Below are positions 37,420 through 41,696 of a DNA stretch of 41,696 nucleotides, one piece after another. A program made the translations under genes and the position numbers. Each line of letters begins with the position of its first letter. Position 1 is the stretch's first letter. The notes beneath the pieces are model-generated. The model was not told where the DNA came from, did no database searches, and saw only the letters and a list, made by a program, of their open reading frames with translations. Source of the stretch: Octopus bimaculoides (Eukaryota); contig NC_068985.1 of assembly GCF_001194135.2 (NCBI RefSeq), forward strand, positions 36,069,382 to 36,111,077. Reading direction: 5' to 3'.

Positions 37420-37525
37420 CTGAACTGTTATATTACAATGTTGGGCTGGTATGAATTGTTTTCATTGAGAAATCTATCCATTTTTCCAGATGGCTGGAGA
37501 CGGCTAGCGTTAATAAAAAGGAAAG
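37420..37525 (+). CDS. Candidate exon with two possible acceptors: 37420 (LNCYITMLGWYELFSLRNLSIFPDGWRRLALIKRK) or 37490 (WLETASVNKKE)
   Basis: Long polypyrimidine acceptor ...ctttattgtacccag|, second acceptor ccatttttccag|, and near-consensus donor AAG|gtatgt; CpGs retained. Confidence 0.55.
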
Positions 37526-37757
37526 GTATGTGTGTAAATATTTTCAGCATGGCCAGTTTAAACTGGACACTCAGTTGAACATTATTTCTATAAATAGACA
37601 CTCTATGCACTTTTTTCTGCACTTGTTATTTTTTAATACCTTTTGCTTTTCAATTTCTATACGACTGGCAAAAAGCACTTGATGCAATCATACAATACAT
37701 CTATCATATCTAGTTCATCTAATTACAATGATTTGTAACATTTTGATAATAATTATC

Positions 37758-37817
37758 ATCCTCTAATTGCCACAAATATTGGCAGTGATCTGCCAATATT
37801 TGTAGCAATTAGAGGAT
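37758..37817. repeat. 60-nt hairpin with a 28-bp stem and a 4-nt loop
   Basis: atcctctaattgccacaaatattggcag-tgat-ctgccaatatttgtagcaattagaggat, one mismatch. Confidence 0.92.
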
Positions 37818-38204
37818 TGAGTTGGTTGAAATAATAGAGTGAGGGAAGCGAAGAAACTAAATGTGTTTACAATATCTAATTTTATTCCTCCTTATTCAGA
37901 TTTTAAATCCTTTAGAGTTGATTTTGTATTGTTTTTTATCTTTTTCTTCACAAAATTGTTAAAATAGATACCCGTAATATAATATCAACTGAAAGTATAA
38001 TCAATCAAACACCTATTCTGTGCCAGTTGTCCTTTTGCCTAAAGGCAGTTTCAATATTAGAGTTAAGTATTAGCTCTGTGATTGAGCTTATGATCAACTT
38101 ATGATTCTCAAGTTCTTAAGAAAAACTTAAATGTTGTCTTCTTTCACAATTCAAATGTTTTGTTTAAAAAATCAATATGATAACCTGTATTATTATCTTC
38201 ACAG

Positions 38205-38259
38205 TTCTGCAGATTATCACCATTATAAATATTACTTTTACAAATACTTAAAAAATAAA
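38205..38259 (+). CDS. Candidate exon (SADYHHYKYYFYKYLKNK)
   Basis: Acceptor tattatcttcacag| (alternative ttctgcag| at 38213), donor AAA|gtatga; phase is compatible with the 37525 donor. Confidence 0.35.
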
Positions 38260-39856
38260 GTATGAAAAAAGAGTGCTACTGATATTTTTAAAAGTGGTGT
38301 CGCAAAATAGCTGCATTCCAGTGACTAAAGCAAGTAAAAGAGAAAAGATAAAAATCATGCCTGCAAGGAATCTTTGGAGAGTTATATTATAAACCCAGTA
38401 GTGTGGGGAACTCTTGAGTATGACCACTTAATACATGTCACATCACTAAAGATTCTAACAAGAAGAGTAGAACTATGGAGCCAAAGTCTTACTAGTCTTG
38501 ACCAAAACTAATTTTTTCACCTCCAGTAAAAATATGTAGCAACCAAATTCCCACCAAAATACACCCTGCTGTTTAAAAGAAAGAAATTACATTGAATAAA
38601 TCAGTGCTATTTATATTCATCATCATCATCATCTTATGTCTACTTTCCATAGTGACATAGGTTGGGCAGTTTGTCAGTGTCCTAGTCTTATTTGGAGTTA
38701 TTACCCTGAAAGGTTGGCCAGAGGATCAGGTCTTGCTTGTACATCCCATTTTTGGCATGATTTTTTTGAGTGAACACCCTTCATAGCACCAGCCACTTTA
38801 CAGTCTCATGAACACACTTTATCTTTGCTTGTTCATCTGCCACTTTACAGGATATTCTAGTGTATTTTATTTAATGAAAAAACAAAGCAGGGCTATCATG
38901 ATGGGATTCCTTTGGTCATAGGTCTGTTGATCAAAGTTGACTTCAGGCTAAAGAGCAACATAAGCCTGGCATCCAGAAGAGCCTTCTTTGACCACATCAG
39001 ATTGACCAGCCACCATCAGACAATTAACACCTAGTCTTCTTCTGTGTCTTGATTTTGGTAAACAGCAATATTAATTAGCCTTGCTTAACTACCATAAGCT
39101 ACCATAGACTACTTCTGTGTGTTAAATGGTTGCAGCAAAGTAAATTGGCTACCAGTTGCTGTCGATTAGCCTCAAGACAGTCTTCATCAAATAGACTTTT
39201 GATCAGAAGTTTTCATGCCATATTTTGTCCTCTTTTCTCAGGGAAGTGCTCCTTGGACTACTTTTACTTGTTTCAGTCATTTGACTGCGGCCATGCTGGG
39301 GCACCGCCNNNNNNNNNNNNNNNNNNNNNNNNNNNNNNNNNNNNNNNNNNNNNNNNNNNNNNNNNNNNNNNNNNNNNNNNNNNNNNNNNNNNNNNNNNNN
39401 NNNNNNNNAGTGGCAACGAACTCGCTCGAATGTTTTTTCACATGCCACTGGCACAGGTGCCAGTAAGGTGACGCTGGTAACATCACACTTAAATGGTTAT
39501 ATTTACATGCCACCAGCATGGAAGTCAGACAGCTGCTCTGTCAATGATCCCGCTCGGACTGTGCTGTTAGCGCCCCACTAGCATGGGTGCCAGTCATCGA
39601 ATGTGGTTCAATTATGTGGTTCACTCATACATACAGACACAATACACATATTCACCTATACATACAAAGCCCTATACCTACACATACTTACACACACAGA
39701 AATAGGGTTACAATCGCGTGTATTTATATGTGCACACACACATATGCATAGATACCCACATACATGTATACATGCGTATATACATCTGCACACACAGCAT
39801 ACATGCATATATTCGTACATATATACATGCACTCAAAAGTATATACAGGTACTTAC

Positions 39857-39934
39857 CTGGAAAAAGGTTAATTGCAAACTAGTTAGGGTGGCAAGAACCA
39901 GGGCATATAGTGCAATGGAGGATATGGCAAACAT
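39857..39934 (-). CDS. Candidate first coding exon with signal-peptide-like sequence (MFAISSIALYALVLATLTSLQLTFFQ)
   Basis: ATG at 39934 with an upstream in-frame stop, 26 mostly hydrophobic codons, and a perfect donor CAG|gtaagt. Confidence 0.45.
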
Positions 39935-40051
39935 TATATGGTGACCATTTATAGGAAGGTGTTAATTAAATGAATATTGTTATTATGATACAATATTGTT
40001 ATGATACAAAAAGGGGGGACACTAGTGCTAGTGGTAGTTAAATAACTAGTA

Positions 40052-40588
40052 CTAATGGTATTTAGAAAAGGTGTGCTTGGTCTTGTGAAGGCAGGAGACG
40101 TTTCTCTCCTTAAGAGAATTTACAAGCAGAAGGTTGGCTTTAATCACAAAGAAAATTTCATTTACACATGCACTTCCTATTCTTTGTACCATACACTGGT
40201 GCTGCGATTAAAATCTTCCAGTGTAGATTATAATCAATTCCCTTATCCTTAAGTTCCCATATGTAATTGCTCAATCCCTTTGAATTTCTCCTATTTCTGT
40301 TTCTAAAGGTGTACCTATGGTGATTAAGTCTACGTTTCATATTATTCTGGGTTGCTCCTACATATACCTTGTTACCAGATTGCGTACTTACTACACATTG
40401 ATATACTACCTCCTTTCTAATGCAATTATTGTTGAATACACAATTCCTGCTAATTCTACAATCACAGGTTCTATATGGCTGTGTGGGGGTAATATTGTGA
40501 GTAGCATTAAGTATTGCATTAATTGTGCTGTGGCTATTGTTGATACTAATAATGATGTTGTTGTTATTATTGCTGTTGTTCGTATCAC

Positions 40589-40628
<40 letters not shown>

Positions 40629-41083
40629 TACTATTATTGATTTTAATATTATTATTACTATTATTATTGTTTCTATTGTTGTTATTATTATTATTATTAT
40701 CACCAACACCGCTATTACTACTATTATTATCATCACTATTAACACTGTTGTGGCTATTGTTATTACTAGTATGCATATTACTGTTGTTATTTTTTCTACT
40801 TAAATAGGTGTCCAGTTTTCTATTGTTTATTGAGGAGATGATGGTAGCTAGGTTATGTGTTAAACTGTATCCTATTCTTATTGTTTGTTAATTATCTCAC
40901 AGTATTTGTTTTATCCTTTTATAAAATATTTGTTAATTAATCTAAATATTGTTTTAACTATGCTATTCTTAATTTGCATAGCGATTGGGATGATTCACCA
41001 GACAGTGTCATTTTCATTATTTCCATGATTGGGGTTTTTATGTTATGTGTATTATTACTGTTTTTATTTTCATTACTATTATA

Positions 41084-41116
<33 letters not shown>

Positions 41117-41350
41117 GTTATTATTGTTATTATTATCTATGGGTTGTTTTTTCATATTTCCAATACTTCTATTGTTATTTTTGTACCTATCTATTGTAGC
41201 GTTGTAGTTGTCATAATTACTGGGGGTGGTAGAAGTTGCCCTATAAGGGCTTTTATAGTTGTTGTACCTCCATTTACTCCTATTTCCGCGTTTACTGTTA
41301 GGATTTATAGATATGTTATCTATTTCCTTATTATCCTTATTATTGCTGCT
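40052..41350 (-). mobile_element. Penelope-like retroelement 3' half: thumb/linker, CxC motif and GIY-YIG endonuclease, decayed
   Basis: Reads TVW*IIPIAMQIKNSIVKTIFRLINKYF...IRIGYSLTHNLATIISSINNRKL (compare WFNPP..K..F..LI.KHF..IKISYSC..N...II..HN.K.L), then RTCDCRISRNCVFNNNCIRKEVVYQCVV..KVYVGATQNNMKRRLNHHRYTF..LSNYIWELKDKG..WKIL..C, then after a frameshift NEIFFVIKANLLLVNSLKERNVSCLHK to the stop at 40052. Confidence 0.92.
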
Positions 41351-41355
41351 ATTAC

Positions 41356-41696
41356 AAGTTGTTAGATCAGGTAATGAAAGCCACAGAGAGGGTCATAGCC
41401 CAACTAATTAGGGAGCGAGTCAGTTTAGATGAGATGCAGTTTGGGTTCGTGCCATGGGAAAAGCACCACTGATGCTATATTTCTGGTAAGACAGCTGCAG
41501 GAAAAATACCTAGCCAAGGATAAACCTCTGTACCTAGCTTTCGTTGACATGGAGAAAGCCTTTGACAGGGTCCCCTGATCCCTTATCTGATGGTCAATGA
41601 GGAAACTAGGGATAGAAGAATGGTTAGTGAGAGCTGTACGAGCTATGTACAGAGACACTGTCAGTAAGGTGAGGGTTGGCAACGAGTACAGTGAAG
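41356..41696 (+). mobile_element. RTE-clade LINE reverse transcriptase fragment, decayed, running off the window
   Basis: KLLDQVMKATERVIAQLIRERVSLDEMQFGFVP(+1)GKSTTDAIFLVRQLQEKYLAKDKPLYLAFVDMEKAFDRVP*SLI*WSMRKLGIEEWLVRAVRAMYRDTVSKVRVG, with the classic QFGF/STTDAI/FVD.EKAFD motifs. Confidence 0.95.

Noticed and set aside
38290-38345. Apparent small exon
   Set aside because: It matches a decayed family B SINE tail in reverse orientation.
40317-41365. Plus-strand poly-Ile/poly-Leu ORFs
   Set aside because: Antisense and alternative-frame readings of the (AAT)n linkers of the Penelope-like element.
1-41696. CRISPR array, prokaryotic operon or defence system
   Set aside because: No regularly spaced direct repeats with unique spacers and no long intronless ORFs; the window is intron and TE-rich animal DNA.

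Overview
This is an AT-rich, CpG-depleted, microsatellite-rich eukaryotic window with four N gaps. The SINE families look like those I recognise from Octopus (coleoid cephalopod); this is an inference and no database was searched. Most ORFs in the supplied track are artefacts of (CA)n, (TA)n and (ATN)n repeats or of gaps. Well-supported content is mostly transposable elements: at least five SINE-like families, three decayed RTE-clade LINE pieces, the 3' endonuclease end of a CRE-clade retrotransposon, a pogo/Tigger-type MITE, and a Penelope-like element (thumb/linker plus CxC plus GIY-YIG) whose linkers are poly-Asn microsatellites. There are also four hairpin or foldback inverted repeats, the largest about 670 bp. 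Short GT-AG-bounded open exons suggest one or two spliced plus-strand genes, but I cannot name the product. A TATA/E-box/YY1-like promoter cluster lies at about 19.7-19.9 kb, and a minus-strand signal-peptide-like exon lies at about 39.9 kb. Exon calls were made by eye and are tentative. I see no prokaryotic system, CRISPR array, rRNA or true tRNA gene, and no clearly new biological system.
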